Positions 27,399-37,037 are shown, counted from the first letter of the stretch. The stretch is DNA of 48,000 nt from Calothrix sp. NIES-4105 (GCA_002368415.1 AP018290.1:6887717-6935716), one strand, 5' to 3'. Notes: a model not told the origin generated them from the letters alone. A program made the numbers and translations.

Positions 27399-30300
27399 AA
27401 CTCAACCTCTTCTTGCTCAATATTGGTATTAAAGGAGCTAGTGGTATTTAAGCCAGTGCTTATACGCATTTGAATATACTTGGCAAGACTAGCAATAGTC
27501 GGTGTTTCAAACAAGCTGCGTAAAGGCAAATCTATATGAAAAACATCGCGAATTCGAGAAGTCAACTGAGTTGCAAGTAAAGAATGACCACCCAGTTCAA
27601 AGAAATTGTCATGAACTCCTATAGGTTGTTTTCGCATTGTCAAGATATTTGCCCAAATTTCCACTAACACCTGTTCGACATCTGTCTGAGGTGCGACATA
27701 ATTTTCTTCTACATTAAGATTAAGCGTATCTATCTTAGGTAAGGCATGACGATTTACTTTACCTGCTGGCGTTAATGGTAATGATTCCAATATTACGTAG
27801 GCTACTGGTATCATATATTCTGGTAATTTTTGCTTGAGAAACGCGCGTAGATTGTTAGTTGTGATTTGCTGTTGGGGTTGGGGGACAATGTAAGCGACTA
27901 AATATTTATCACCTGGTATATCCTCTATTACAATAACTACTGCTTCTCTAACTGTCGGATGTTGATTTAGAAGGGTTTCAATTTCTTCTAACTCGATGCG
28001 GAAACCACGAATTTTGACTTGGTTATCAATGCGACCTAAAAATTCAATGTTACCATCTGGTAAATATCGCCCTAAATCACCCGTTTTATAAATTGTGTTA
28101 TGGGATGGACTCTTGTGGAATGGGCGTCCTCGCCCGTCGCTTTGCCTTGTGTTTATATAGGGCGGGCAGGGATGCCCGCTCCACAAGATGTTGCTCCACA
28201 AGATATCTGTTAATTCTGGGTTGTTTATATAGCCGCGCGCTAGTCCATCACCACCTACATATATTTCTCCGGTAACGCCGATAGGGACGGGTTGTAAATT
28301 TGCATCTAATATATAGATTTGAGAATTTGAAATTGGGCGCCCTATTGGTATTGATGTTCCTGACGGTAGTTCGTGTATAGGGTAATAAGAAGAGAATGTT
28401 GTGTTTTCAGTTGGCCCGTAAAGATGAATTAATTGCGGCGCCTCCCCTGAACGGTTACATTCAAGAACTTTCTTCACCCATCTGGTATCAATTGTTTCAC
28501 CGCCAAATAATAAGTATTTTAGGTTTGAAAACGCTTGCGGTACGTCTCTGGCGATTTTTTGAAATAGGGCAGTAGTTAAAAATAAAATGTTGATATCTTT
28601 TTGTTTTAGCTGTGATGCGAATTCGTTTGGTGACAGTACTATATCTTGACTTATTCCAATAAGTTGGGCGCCGTTTAATAATGCTCCCCAAATTTCAAAT
28701 GTTGCGGCATCGAAGGAAGTATTGGAAACTTGGGCTATTTTATCATCAGGAGTTATTTTTATATAGTTAGTATTACAAACTAGTCTGTTTACTGCTTTAT
28801 GAGTTACCGCGACTCCTTTCGGTGTACCTGTAGAACCAGATGTGTAGATGATGCAAGCTAGGTTATCACTTGTTGTTTCGCTCGACAGGTTTTGTTTGCT
28901 TTCGTGCGCTCCCTTCCAATCTTTATTTAAATCTACAATTGGGTTAGAGAAATCTTCAAAGTGTTGAGCAAATTTTTCTTGTGTAAGCAAAACGTGAGCA
29001 TGTGAATCTTTTAACATAAAATTCAAACGCTCTGTAGGATAGGTGGGGTCTAATGGTAAATATGCTCCCCCTGCTTTCAATATACCCAGCATTCCTACAA
29101 TCATATCAATTGAACGCTCGGCACAAATTCCAACTACAACTTCTGTATTTACACCTAATTTTTGTAAATGATGTGCGATTTGGTTGCTACGATTATTTAA
29201 TTCGTTATATTGTAGAGACGCGATTAATCGCGTCTCTACGACATTGTCGTAATTTAACGCGATATTATTGGCATGTTGTGTAACCTGCTGTTCAAATAAT
29301 TCGTGAATACTTTGATTTGAAGGATAATCGTTTTGAGTATCATTCCATTCAAATAATATTTGGTCTAACTCAGCTTCGCTTAAAAGTGGGAAATTTACAA
29401 TTCGTTGTTCTCTTTCAGCAACAATACCTTCTAAAAGCGTTGTAAAATGCTTTAACATTCTAGAAATAGTGGCATCTTCAAACAAATCAGTGTTATACAC
29501 TACTATTCCTCTAATTCCTTCTGAATACTGCCAATCTCCACCCCATAAACTTCTAAAATCAGAAGAACATTTCCATAGGTGTAATTCTAAATCAAATCGA
29601 GTTGTTTTTAAGTCTATATTCATAAAACTCGGCGCCAAGTCAGGCAACTCTAATTCCTGCATTGGTGCATTTTCAAAACCAAATACAACTTGAAATAAAG
29701 GACTTGCGCTCAAGTTTCGTTCTGGTTGTAAATGTTCAACGAGCTTTTCAAATGGCAAGTCTTGATGACTGTATGCTCCTAATGTTACTTCCCGTACTCT
29801 GCTTAATATTTCGCGAAAAGTTGGATTTCCTGAAAAATCAGTACGCAGCACTAAAGTATTGACAAAAAAGCCAATTAACCCTTCGATTTCACTACGGTTA
29901 CGATTAGCAATTGGTGAACCAACGACAATATCATCAGAATATGTATAGCGGTAAAGCAATGTTTGAAATGCTGCCAGCAATGTCATATATAAAGTGGCGC
30001 CTTCTTGCCCAGATAGCTTTTCGAGTGCCGAGGCTAAACTTAGAGGTAATTCTAAAAATTGTGTTGCTCCGTGATGAGATTGTATATTAGGGCGCCGTTT
30101 ATCGGTAGGCAAAGGCAACACTGTAATACCATTTAATTGATGGCGCCAGTAAGCTAACTGTTTTTCTAGAACTTCTCCAGTTAACCATTCGCGTTGCCAT
30201 TCAGCAAAATCAGCGTATTGTAAAGGTAGTTCTGATAGCGGTGATGGTTGATTTTTAACTTTAGCTGTGTAAAGGGCGCCTAACTCACTAATTAATACCC

Positions 30301-30751
30301 CAATAGACCAATCATCGCAAACAATATGATGCATATTCAGTAACAAAATATGCTCATTCTCTAAAACCTTAAGTAATATCACTCGCAATAATGGCTCAGA
30401 AGATAAATCAAAAGGACGCTCTATCTCTTGCGTGATAATGGATTTAGCTTGTGCTTCCCTTTCTGAAGTCGATAACTCACGTAAATCTAATGTATTAATA
30501 GATATCAGGAAACTTGGGGCGATAACCTGTACAAGTTGCTCAGAGAGTATTGTAAATGTAGTGCGTAGTGTTTCATGGCGCCGGACAATTTCATTTAATG
30601 CAAATTCGAGCGCGCCGACATGAAGCGAACCATGTAAACGAATAACTGTAGGCACACTATATATAGCATTGCCCGGTAGAAGCTGGTCGAAGAACCACAA
30701 ACGTTGTTGGGCAAAAGAGGCGCCGAATATAAAGACTTCTTGGCTAGACAT
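27395..30751 (-). CDS. NRPS with architecture C-A-T, first gene of the operon. The N-terminal C domain is a possible starter C.
   Basis: The C domain begins at residue ~10 (ASFAQQRLWFFDQ..MHHIVCDDWS). A-domain cores are present and the PCP is FFELGGHSLLATQLTSR. The gene ends in the short tail '..IEQEEVEF'. My by-eye pocket residues are D-A-F-F-L-G-L-T-F-K, which is aliphatic, Ile/Val-like. Confidence 0.95.
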   Translation of the reverse strand: MSSQEVFIFGASFAQQRLWFFDQLLPGNAIYSVPTVIRLHGSLHVGALEFALNEIVRRHETLRTTFTILSEQLVQVIAPSFLISINTLDLRELSTSEREAQAKSIITQEIERPFDLSSEPLLRVILLKVLENEHILLLNMHHIVCDDWSIGVLISELGALYTAKVKNQPSPLSELPLQYADFAEWQREWLTGEVLEKQLAYWRHQLNGITVLPLPTDKRRPNIQSHHGATQFLELPLSLASALEKLSGQEGATLYMTLLAAFQTLLYRYTYSDDIVVGSPIANRNRSEIEGLIGFFVNTLVLRTDFSGNPTFREILSRVREVTLGAYSHQDLPFEKLVEHLQPERNLSASPLFQVVFGFENAPMQELELPDLAPSFMNIDLKTTRFDLELHLWKCSSDFRSLWGGDWQYSEGIRGIVVYNTDLFEDATISRMLKHFTTLLEGIVAEREQRIVNFPLLSEAELDQILFEWNDTQNDYPSNQSIHELFEQQVTQHANNIALNYDNVVETRLIASLQYNELNNRSNQIAHHLQKLGVNTEVVVGICAERSIDMIVGMLGILKAGGAYLPLDPTYPTERLNFMLKDSHAHVLLTQEKFAQHFEDFSNPIVDLNKDWKGAHESKQNLSSETTSDNLACIIYTSGSTGTPKGVAVTHKAVNRLVCNTNYIKITPDDKIAQVSNTSFDAATFEIWGALLNGAQLIGISQDIVLSPNEFASQLKQKDINILFLTTALFQKIARDVPQAFSNLKYLLFGGETIDTRWVKKVLECNRSGEAPQLIHLYGPTENTTFSSYYPIHELPSGTSIPIGRPISNSQIYILDANLQPVPIGVTGEIYVGGDGLARGYINNPELTDILWSNILWSGHPCPPYINTRQSDGRGRPFHKSPSHNTIYKTGDLGRYLPDGNIEFLGRIDNQVKIRGFRIELEEIETLLNQHPTVREAVVIVIEDIPGDKYLVAYIVPQPQQQITTNNLRAFLKQKLPEYMIPVAYVILESLPLTPAGKVNRHALPKIDTLNLNVEENYVAPQTDVEQVLVEIWANILTMRKQPIGVHDNFFELGGHSLLATQLTSRIRDVFHIDLPLRSLFETPTIASLAKYIQMRISTGLNTTSSFNTNIEQEEVEF
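29212..29239. repeat. Perfect 28-nt palindrome, in frame just before A-domain core A1 (VETRLIASL).
   Basis: The sequence is 'gtagagacgcgattaatcgcgtctctac'. Confidence 0.9.
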
Positions 30752-30853
30752 GCAATTCTCAGGCTAAAACTATTCTGTGTATCACCTTTTAAAGTTATAT
30801 CCAATCGTGTCAAATCAAGAGCAAGGTTTTTGCACTTGATATAATTATTGATT

Positions 30854-31270
30854 ATGCCGTTCGATTTTATGACAGCACCAAATCCTCCTTATGGTAATTA
30901 TGAACTATCCAGTGTAGATAACGAACCGTTGCCTGGTTTACCTAAAGAAATGAATGAGGGCGCCGATATTGGTGAAGAAGCTGCGGTACAAAGAGCGCTT
31001 TTAACCGGAGCAAGGTTTAAAGCAACTAACCCAACAGTCATCAGATGTACTTTGATGACCTACTTTGAAGCTAGAAAGTTCGTAGAACCGATAGATAATG
31101 ATGACCCCGATGCCCAAATTCAAGTTCGTTTAGTAGAAATGTCTGGTACTTTTCAGGGAAGCCGACATCGGCGAGGGATGCAAACATCTACTCGTTGTTT
31201 CAACAAAGCTTACGTTATCTTAAGAGCTTCAGATGGTTTACGATTAGGTTACAGTCTTACAAAGGAGTAA
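30854..31270 (+). CDS. Hypothetical protein (~138 aa), divergent from the NRPS operon.
   Basis: This ORF is in the track, with an ATG at 30854. It carries one GGCGCC host palindrome. I recognise no motif. Confidence 0.45.
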   Translation: MPFDFMTAPNPPYGNYELSSVDNEPLPGLPKEMNEGADIGEEAAVQRALLTGARFKATNPTVIRCTLMTYFEARKFVEPIDNDDPDAQIQVRLVEMSGTFQGSRHRRGMQTSTRCFNKAYVILRASDGLRLGYSLTKE

Positions 31271-31656
31271 CAGAGTTTAAGACACTTGACTTCTTAAAAA
31301 GTTAGGAATTTGTAACTACCAAAAGACAGATAGTACACACCAGTATAAACTAGATTATAGGGAGAGTAAATAGAACTCAATCTATGTTATTTTTATTATA
31401 AAAATAGCATTTATTAATCTATTTTAAAGCATATAAATGTATAAACCGTAAATTTACGGTGTCAAAAACGTGCATCTAAAAATTATTTAAAGCTGCTATA
31501 TAAGTTCTATAAACATTAACTAATTTGAGATTATTTAATTAAAGGTAAGTCCTCAGTTATAAAATCTATAATGTAACCTCAACATTAAACAGGAGCAGTC
31601 TACCTTGTTTGTGGGAAAAGCTAGCGTAGTTTCTATATATACAGGAGTTGCATTCG

Positions 31657-33603
31657 ATGGCTAGACCAGTTGTTTCAACAAAAAGGTTCCGTAACAAGTT
31701 TATCGACTGGTTGCTCGAAGAAGACCGAAAAGAGAAGCAAGAACCATCACAGCATAAAGAAGTGCATCGCAAGCATCCTTGGTGGCAGGTTATGTGCTTG
31801 ACAGGTGTAGATTATTTCTCGACGCTTGGGTATCAACCTGGTATTGCAGCATTAGCAGCAGGCGCCCTTTCTCCTATAGCAACTTTTATCTTAATTCTAC
31901 TAACACTGTTTGGAGCATTACCAATATATCGACGTGTTGCTGCCAAAAGTCCTAATGGTGAAGGGTCGATCGCCATGCTCGAACACTTGCTGTCTTGGTG
32001 GCAAGGCAAATTATTTGTACTTTGTCTACTGGGTTTCGTCGCAACCGACTTTATCATCACTATTACTCTCTCGGCTGCTGATGCTACAGCACATATCATC
32101 GAAAATCCCTTTGCCCCAAGTCTGTTTGACAATCAGCAAATTAGTATTACCCTCATCTTAGTGGCGTTGCTTGGCGCCGTTTTTCTTAGAGGTTTCAAAG
32201 AAGCTATTGGTATTGCAGTACTTCTAGTTGGCGCTTATTTGCTGCTCAACTTAGTCGTCATTGGCGTTGGTACGTATCAAGTTATAACCCACCCGTCTGC
32301 GATAACTCAATGGCAAACTGCACTTTTCGCGCGTAATAATAATCCTTTGATTTTACTTGGTTCTTCTGTATTGTTATTCCCCAAGTTAGCATTGGGTTTG
32401 TCAGGGTTTGAGACTGGTGTAGCTGTTATGCCTCTTGTAGAAGGCAGTAGTAACGACACACCTCAACAACCAAAAGGACGCATTTATAATACGCACAAGC
32501 TTCTGACTGCTGCGGCTTTGATTATGAGCTTCTTTTTAATTACCAGCAGCTTAATAACTACTTTACTAATTCCTTCTACAGAATTTCAAACTGGAGGCAA
32601 AGCTAATGGACGCGCGCTTGCTTATTTAGCACATCTATATTTAGGTGATGCGTTTGGAACGATTTACGATTTAAGTACTATTAGCATTCTTTGGTTTGCA
32701 GGCGCCTCTGCAATGGCTGGGTTACTTAATATCGTCCCCCGCTACTTACCGCGTTATGGTATGGTGCCGGATTGGGCGCGGACATCCCGTCCTTTGGTGT
32801 TAGTTTATACAGTTATTGCCTTTGTTGTCACAATTATCTTCAAAGCGAACGTAGAAGCTCAAGGCGGTGCTTATGCAACAGGTGTACTTGTGTTGATGAG
32901 TTCAGGCGCCTTTGCTGTAACTTTATCAGCCTACCGACATACATCAAAGCGAGGTGCATTCCTATTGGGAATAATCACGCTAGTGTTCATATATACAACT
33001 GTTGTAAATATCATTGAAAGACCCGAAGGGATTAAAATCGCTACGTTTTTTATCGGTTTTATAATTATAACCTCACTAATTTCGCGCGTTTGGCGTTCAA
33101 CTGAATTGAGGGTAGAGCAAATCGAAATGGACGACTTAGCTCATCGTTTTATTACCGAAAATAGTCATCATCAAATACGAATAATTGCAAATCGAATGAA
33201 TAAGGGCGACGCACTAGAGTATTTTTTAAAGGAACAAGAAGTGCGTGCGGACAATCACATTCCATCCACTGACCCAGTAATATTTTTAGAGATTAAAGTA
33301 TCCGATGCTTCAGAATTTACTGAAGTTATTCAAGTCAAAGGCGTGGAAGTCGAAACTTATCGTATCTTACGTGCTAGAAGTGCTGCTGTACCTAACGCTA
33401 TTGCTGCCCTTCTTCTTCATATTCGTGACGAAACAGGCAAAATTCCTCATGCTTACTTTGGTTGGGTAGAAGGAAACCCAATACAATATTTACTACGTTT
33501 TATTTTGTTTGGTGAAGGTGATATTGCTGTAGTCACCCGTGAAGTAGTGCGTCGGGCTGAGAAAAATCCCGAACGGCGCCCAGGTATTCACGTTGGTGGT
33601 TAA
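31657..33603 (+). CDS. Polytopic membrane transporter, APC/amino-acid-permease-like, with a ~170-aa soluble C-terminal domain.
   Basis: About 12 hydrophobic segments are followed by a charged C-terminal domain. The ATG at 31657 (MARPVV) is preferred over the TTG track start. Confidence 0.6.
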   Translation: MARPVVSTKRFRNKFIDWLLEEDRKEKQEPSQHKEVHRKHPWWQVMCLTGVDYFSTLGYQPGIAALAAGALSPIATFILILLTLFGALPIYRRVAAKSPNGEGSIAMLEHLLSWWQGKLFVLCLLGFVATDFIITITLSAADATAHIIENPFAPSLFDNQQISITLILVALLGAVFLRGFKEAIGIAVLLVGAYLLLNLVVIGVGTYQVITHPSAITQWQTALFARNNNPLILLGSSVLLFPKLALGLSGFETGVAVMPLVEGSSNDTPQQPKGRIYNTHKLLTAAALIMSFFLITSSLITTLLIPSTEFQTGGKANGRALAYLAHLYLGDAFGTIYDLSTISILWFAGASAMAGLLNIVPRYLPRYGMVPDWARTSRPLVLVYTVIAFVVTIIFKANVEAQGGAYATGVLVLMSSGAFAVTLSAYRHTSKRGAFLLGIITLVFIYTTVVNIIERPEGIKIATFFIGFIIITSLISRVWRSTELRVEQIEMDDLAHRFITENSHHQIRIIANRMNKGDALEYFLKEQEVRADNHIPSTDPVIFLEIKVSDASEFTEVIQVKGVEVETYRILRARSAAVPNAIAALLLHIRDETGKIPHAYFGWVEGNPIQYLLRFILFGEGDIAVVTREVVRRAEKNPERRPGIHVGG

Positions 33604-33622
33604 TATTCTTATTATCTATGTT

Positions 33623-33645
33623 GGACGTTAGGGGACTAACGTTCC
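33623..33645 (+). terminator. Hairpin 20 nt after the permease stop.
   Basis: The sequence is ggacgttag-ggga-ctaacgt(t)cc, followed by 'actcattgttt'. Confidence 0.35.
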
Positions 33646-33810
33646 ACTCATTGTTTAAAATTGTGAGTTTATGACGTATTAATAAATACCTTAATCATTA
33701 GCTAAACCGCACAAAGTTGTCTTACCGAATAAAGTAGTTAAATCAATCAAATCGCGTATCTCGTTCAAGGCATGGTATTGTAATTGTGTACCAAGCAATT
33801 TTTGTATGAG

Positions 33811-34464
33811 ATGAAGCATGTCACCCCAAAGGAAGCCGCAGAACTTCTCGGAGTCAGTACCTCCAGTCTCAGGAGGTGGGAAAACGAAGGAAAGCTTCGA
33901 GCAATCCGTACACCAGGCGGTCAAAGGAGGTTCGTCCTTGCTGAAGTTGAGAAAGTCGCAGGAGTACGTACAATTGTCACTGTTCTCTATGCCAGAGTAT
34001 CAACCAACGGACAGCGTGACAACCTCAACTCTCAAATTGAATACCTTAAGTCAAAATATCCAAACGGAGAAGTTGTTTCAGAAATTGGAAGCGGACTCAA
34101 TTTTAGGAGGAAAAAATTCATCGCTGTACTGGAACGAATTAACTCAGGAGATGTCAACCAACTTGTCGTTGCCCACCCTGACCGACTCTTCCGGTTCGGA
34201 TTTGAATTGGTTAAGTGGATATGCAGTACAGCAGGATGTGAACTCCTGGTCGAGAGTCAAAGCAAACTCAGTCCTGAAGCCGAGCTTGTTCAAGATATGC
34301 TGTCCATCATCCACTGCTTCTCTAGTCGGTTATATGGGCTTAGAAAATACGCTGGTCAAGTCAAAAAAGACCTACAAAATCAATACCCGTCACTCGCACT
34401 CGAAGAAGAAATCGACCAAGAAGTCTCCCAACAGTGTATTGAAAATCAAGCTGTATCCAAGTAA
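33811..34464 (+). CDS. tnpA: IS607-type TnpA serine recombinase (MerR-like HTH plus resolvase catalytic domain).
   Basis: 'EAAELLGVSTSSLRRWENEGKLRAIRTPGGQRRF' is followed by 'VLYARVSTNGQRDNLNSQIEYL', which holds the catalytic Ser. Confidence 0.9.
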   Translation: MKHVTPKEAAELLGVSTSSLRRWENEGKLRAIRTPGGQRRFVLAEVEKVAGVRTIVTVLYARVSTNGQRDNLNSQIEYLKSKYPNGEVVSEIGSGLNFRRKKFIAVLERINSGDVNQLVVAHPDRLFRFGFELVKWICSTAGCELLVESQSKLSPEAELVQDMLSIIHCFSSRLYGLRKYAGQVKKDLQNQYPSLALEEEIDQEVSQQCIENQAVSK

Positions 34465-35665
34465 GGAATTACATCGTATTTGGAAACGTTGGCTTGCTGC
34501 TTATCGTTTTTATTACAATCAAAGCATTGCAATTCTAATTAAAGATTATGATGTTGTAACCAAAACAATTATTGATAAGAAAACTGGCAAGCCTAAAGAA
34601 GTCAAAATTACAAGTGATGACTTAGATAAAATACTTCTTCATTTAGAAAACATTCCTGAATGGGTAAAAACATTGCCTGGGCATCAAAGACAGGAAGCAT
34701 GTTCCGAAGCATACGATGCATTTAAGCAAGCACGCAGTCAAGGTGGTGAGCCTAAATTTAAAAGCTGTAAAGCGACATCGCAAACTATCCAATTTAAAGT
34801 AGGTAACTTTAAAAGAGGAACTTGGTATTGCAGTACAACGAAAGGTCTTAAATTTTCTAGTTTTCAATCTGTGCCACAAGATTGTGAATACGGTACAGAG
34901 CTAGTTTACAAACGTGGAGAATGGTTTGGTTGTTTCCCTCAATGCGTGGAAGAAATCCCAACTGGAAGTGAGAGAGTTATTGCACTTGACCCAGGCAATA
35001 GAACTTTTTTAACTGGTTACGACGGAGAAAATATCTTAGAAATTGGCAAGGGAGACATTGGGCTAATACAAAGATTATGCCTACACCTTGACCAATTAAT
35101 AGGTAAGGGAGATAAAGCTAAGTCTCGTCAAAAATACCGGATTAAAAAAGCTATTAAACGGGCAAGAACTAGAATCCAAAACCTCATAAAAGATTTGCAT
35201 AACAAAGCTGTTAGCTTACTCGTAAACAGTTACAAAGTAATTTTTCTTCCTACCTTTGACTCAAGCCAGATGGTTTGTAAAATCAATGGCAAGGGCAAGA
35301 AAAGAAAAATTAACAGTAAGTCAGCAAGACAAATGCTAACTTTGTCACATTATAAATTTGAACAGCACTTAAAACAGGCTGCACAAAGGAAAGGCGTGAT
35401 TGTAGTGCTTTGTAATGAATCTTATACAAGTAAATCTTGCGGTTCTTGCGGTCATATTTATGAGGTTGGAAGTTCTAAAACTCATTCTTGTCCTAATTGT
35501 GGAACCAAAACATCAAGAGATGTTAATGGTGCTAGAAATATTATGCTGAGAAGTTTAGTGTCTTTAAAGTTCTCAGTATCCGACAATTCAATTATTTTGT
35601 CGGATGCGCCGCAAGGCATTGTCGGCAACGACCAGGAACGTCACGTAGAAAACGTCCTGCTATAG
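34439..35665 (+). CDS. tnpB: TnpB (OrfB_IS605-type RuvC-like, RNA-guided nuclease family), 408 codons from the TTG at 34439.
   Basis: 'KIKLYPSKELHRIWKRWLAAYRFYYNQ' is a typical TnpB N-terminus. 'VIALDPGNRTF', the 'NESYTSKSCGSCGH....HSCPNCG...RDVNGARNI' Zn-ribbon and RuvC-III are present. The track's 615-aa ORF adds 205 codons that overlap tnpA. Confidence 0.9.
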   Translation: MKIKLYPSKELHRIWKRWLAAYRFYYNQSIAILIKDYDVVTKTIIDKKTGKPKEVKITSDDLDKILLHLENIPEWVKTLPGHQRQEACSEAYDAFKQARSQGGEPKFKSCKATSQTIQFKVGNFKRGTWYCSTTKGLKFSSFQSVPQDCEYGTELVYKRGEWFGCFPQCVEEIPTGSERVIALDPGNRTFLTGYDGENILEIGKGDIGLIQRLCLHLDQLIGKGDKAKSRQKYRIKKAIKRARTRIQNLIKDLHNKAVSLLVNSYKVIFLPTFDSSQMVCKINGKGKKRKINSKSARQMLTLSHYKFEQHLKQAAQRKGVIVVLCNESYTSKSCGSCGHIYEVGSSKTHSCPNCGTKTSRDVNGARNIMLRSLVSLKFSVSDNSIILSDAPQGIVGNDQERHVENVLL

Positions 35666-35711
35666 TTGATTGGATTAGCCAGAAATCGTTGATTTGATTA
35701 ACTTAAAAGTT

Positions 35712-35818
35712 GCACCTTACCTACTATCACCCAAGACAAAATAGAACTGGCGCCAGGGGATGAGTTAATTTTAAGATTTAGAACGTGGGAGGATTATGAA
35801 AACAGTATATTGACCTAG
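35712..35818 (+). pseudogene. Possible N-terminal remnant of a Uma2 (DUF820)-family endonuclease gene.
   Basis: 'LAPGDELILRFRTWEDYE' resembles the Uma2 N-terminal 'L.PG..L.L..VSWEEYE' pattern. A stop follows shortly after. Confidence 0.3.
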
Positions 35819-36148
35819 GTTGGCAAGTCGGATCAAGTGTTGCGGTTAAAGAATTTGAAGAACTCTTAAAACAAAGTTTTTAATACAAATTTTAATGGTT
35901 TGTGGCACAGGCATCACGAACTGTGCAATTAAAGTATTTATTTTTACCTTCCACCGACGCAGAGGACACAGAGTTAAAGAAATGAACCACAAAGGACACA
36001 AAGGACACAAAGAAAGAATTATTAAGATATGCCCGCCAAATTTAATGACATGAACCAATAGTGCTTTATGTAATATATATAAATTGTAAAAAATGCCGTT
36101 CCGGTAGAGACTAAGTTATACTAATCGGTAGTTAATAAGTTTAGCGCT

Positions 36149-36352
36149 ATGAACACTCGTGAGAAACTTGAGCTTATAATTGATCAACTCAATAATGAGC
36201 AATTATCTACATTACTGGATTTTGCAGTTTTATTAAAAAGTAAAGAAAAAACGACTGTACCAATGGTACAATCTCAGGCTTATGAAGAATGGTTGAGCAA
36301 CGAGAACGATATTTATGACGAACTCTTCGCCGACGAATTTTCAACGCGGTAA
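36149..36352 (+). CDS. Small antitoxin (67 aa), partner of the MazF-like toxin.
   Basis: It is a short acidic protein ('LSTLLDFAVLLKSKE') and overlaps the toxin gene by 38 nt. Confidence 0.6.
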   Translation: MNTREKLELIIDQLNNEQLSTLLDFAVLLKSKEKTTVPMVQSQAYEEWLSNENDIYDELFADEFSTR

Positions 36353-36686
36353 TGTAGTGTTGTGTCGAACACCTATGCCATCTACCCAACTGCAAGAGTT
36401 CAAAGTTCGGCCTGCTGTAATTATTTCAGCTTCGAGGCTTAATGATATTCTTGAAGACGTTATCATTATACCTTGTACATCCAATACAAATCGTTCTTTA
36501 ACAGCAACGCAATATTTAATAACTGGTGATGAAATAATTGCTGCTGGTATCATGGTTGACTCTGTAGTCCGTTGTGAGTCAATTTTTACAGTGAATAAAT
36601 CAATGATTATAAGGAAATTAGGTATGCTGACACAAGAAGCTTTGGAAGGCGTGAGTCGCTGTTTAATGTTGGCTTTGGAATTATAG
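36315..36686 (+). CDS. PemK/MazF-family toxin (123 aa).
   Basis: 'FQRGNVVLCRTP.......FKVRPAVIISASRLN....DVIIIPCTSN' matches the MazF pattern 'RGD(I/V)...FP....K.RPA(L/V)V(I/V)S....D.I..P.TS'. Confidence 0.75.
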   Translation: MTNSSPTNFQRGNVVLCRTPMPSTQLQEFKVRPAVIISASRLNDILEDVIIIPCTSNTNRSLTATQYLITGDEIIAAGIMVDSVVRCESIFTVNKSMIIRKLGMLTQEALEGVSRCLMLALEL

Positions 36687-36775
36687 TAATTTTAATATCT
36701 AATTAGATAAAATTTAGCCTTGAAAAAATTTAAAGATAACGTTAGTTACTTTCATAAAATTTAGTGGGTTGATTA

Positions 36776-36874
36776 GCAACGGATACAACAGATGTAACGG
36801 TACTTGTTACTTGTTACAAACAAAACTTGTTATCTTAAATCAACTATCCGTTACATCCTAGAGTCATCCGTTGC
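36776..36874. repeat. Second, inverted copy of the 'gcaacggat...atccgttgc' MITE-like repeat.
   Basis: It matches the reverse complement of 18256-18353. Confidence 0.75.
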
Positions 36875-37037
36875 CAATCTTCCCTCTGTGCGCTCTGTGT
36901 CTCTGTGGTAAAAATAATTATCTGACGACACAAGGCTTGCGATGCCTGTGCTACAACCCACTATACCGATTTATGTTCCCCATCTAATCACAGAAATTGG
37001 CACAATAAGATAAGTGCTTTAAGGGGATGTGCATTTA

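Larger units (their letters stand above)
33735..35703 (+). mobile_element. IS607-family insertion sequence (tnpA serine recombinase plus tnpB), ~1.97 kb.
   Basis: The gene pair is described in the two features that follow. The sub-terminal imperfect inverted repeats are 'agttaaatcaatcaaatcgcg' at the left (33735-33755) and 'cgttgatttgattaact' at the right (35687-35703, reverse complement 'agttaatcaaatcaacg'). The element contains neither GGCGCC nor CGCGCG. The boundaries are approximate. Confidence 0.8.

Noticed and set aside
12539-30813. About 30 short ORFs on either strand inside the NRPS genes and sbnA.
   Set aside because: All are nested within long ORFs that have unambiguous NRPS/SbnA motifs. 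None has a motif of its own.
31446-31461. Perfect 16-bp palindrome ACCGTAAATTTACGGT upstream of the permease, considered as an NtcA or other operator site.
   Set aside because: The spacing (GTA-N4-TAC) does not fit the NtcA GTA-N8-TAC consensus. It is a single occurrence in very AT-rich DNA with no second line of evidence.
33818-35665. The 615-aa ORF taken at face value as the TnpB protein.
   Set aside because: Recognisable TnpB homology starts only at 'KIKLYPSKEL' (TTG at 34439), giving a normal 408-codon TnpB. The upstream 205 codons are the +1 frame of tnpA with S/T/L/K-rich, unstructured-looking sequence. I kept it as a low-interest curiosity rather than a gene call.
35846-36058. A 70-aa minus-strand ORF rich in Cys, Pro and Leu.
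   Set aside because: It is the translation of the 'ctttgtgtcctttgtgtcctttgtggttcat' dispersed repeat and has no coding features.
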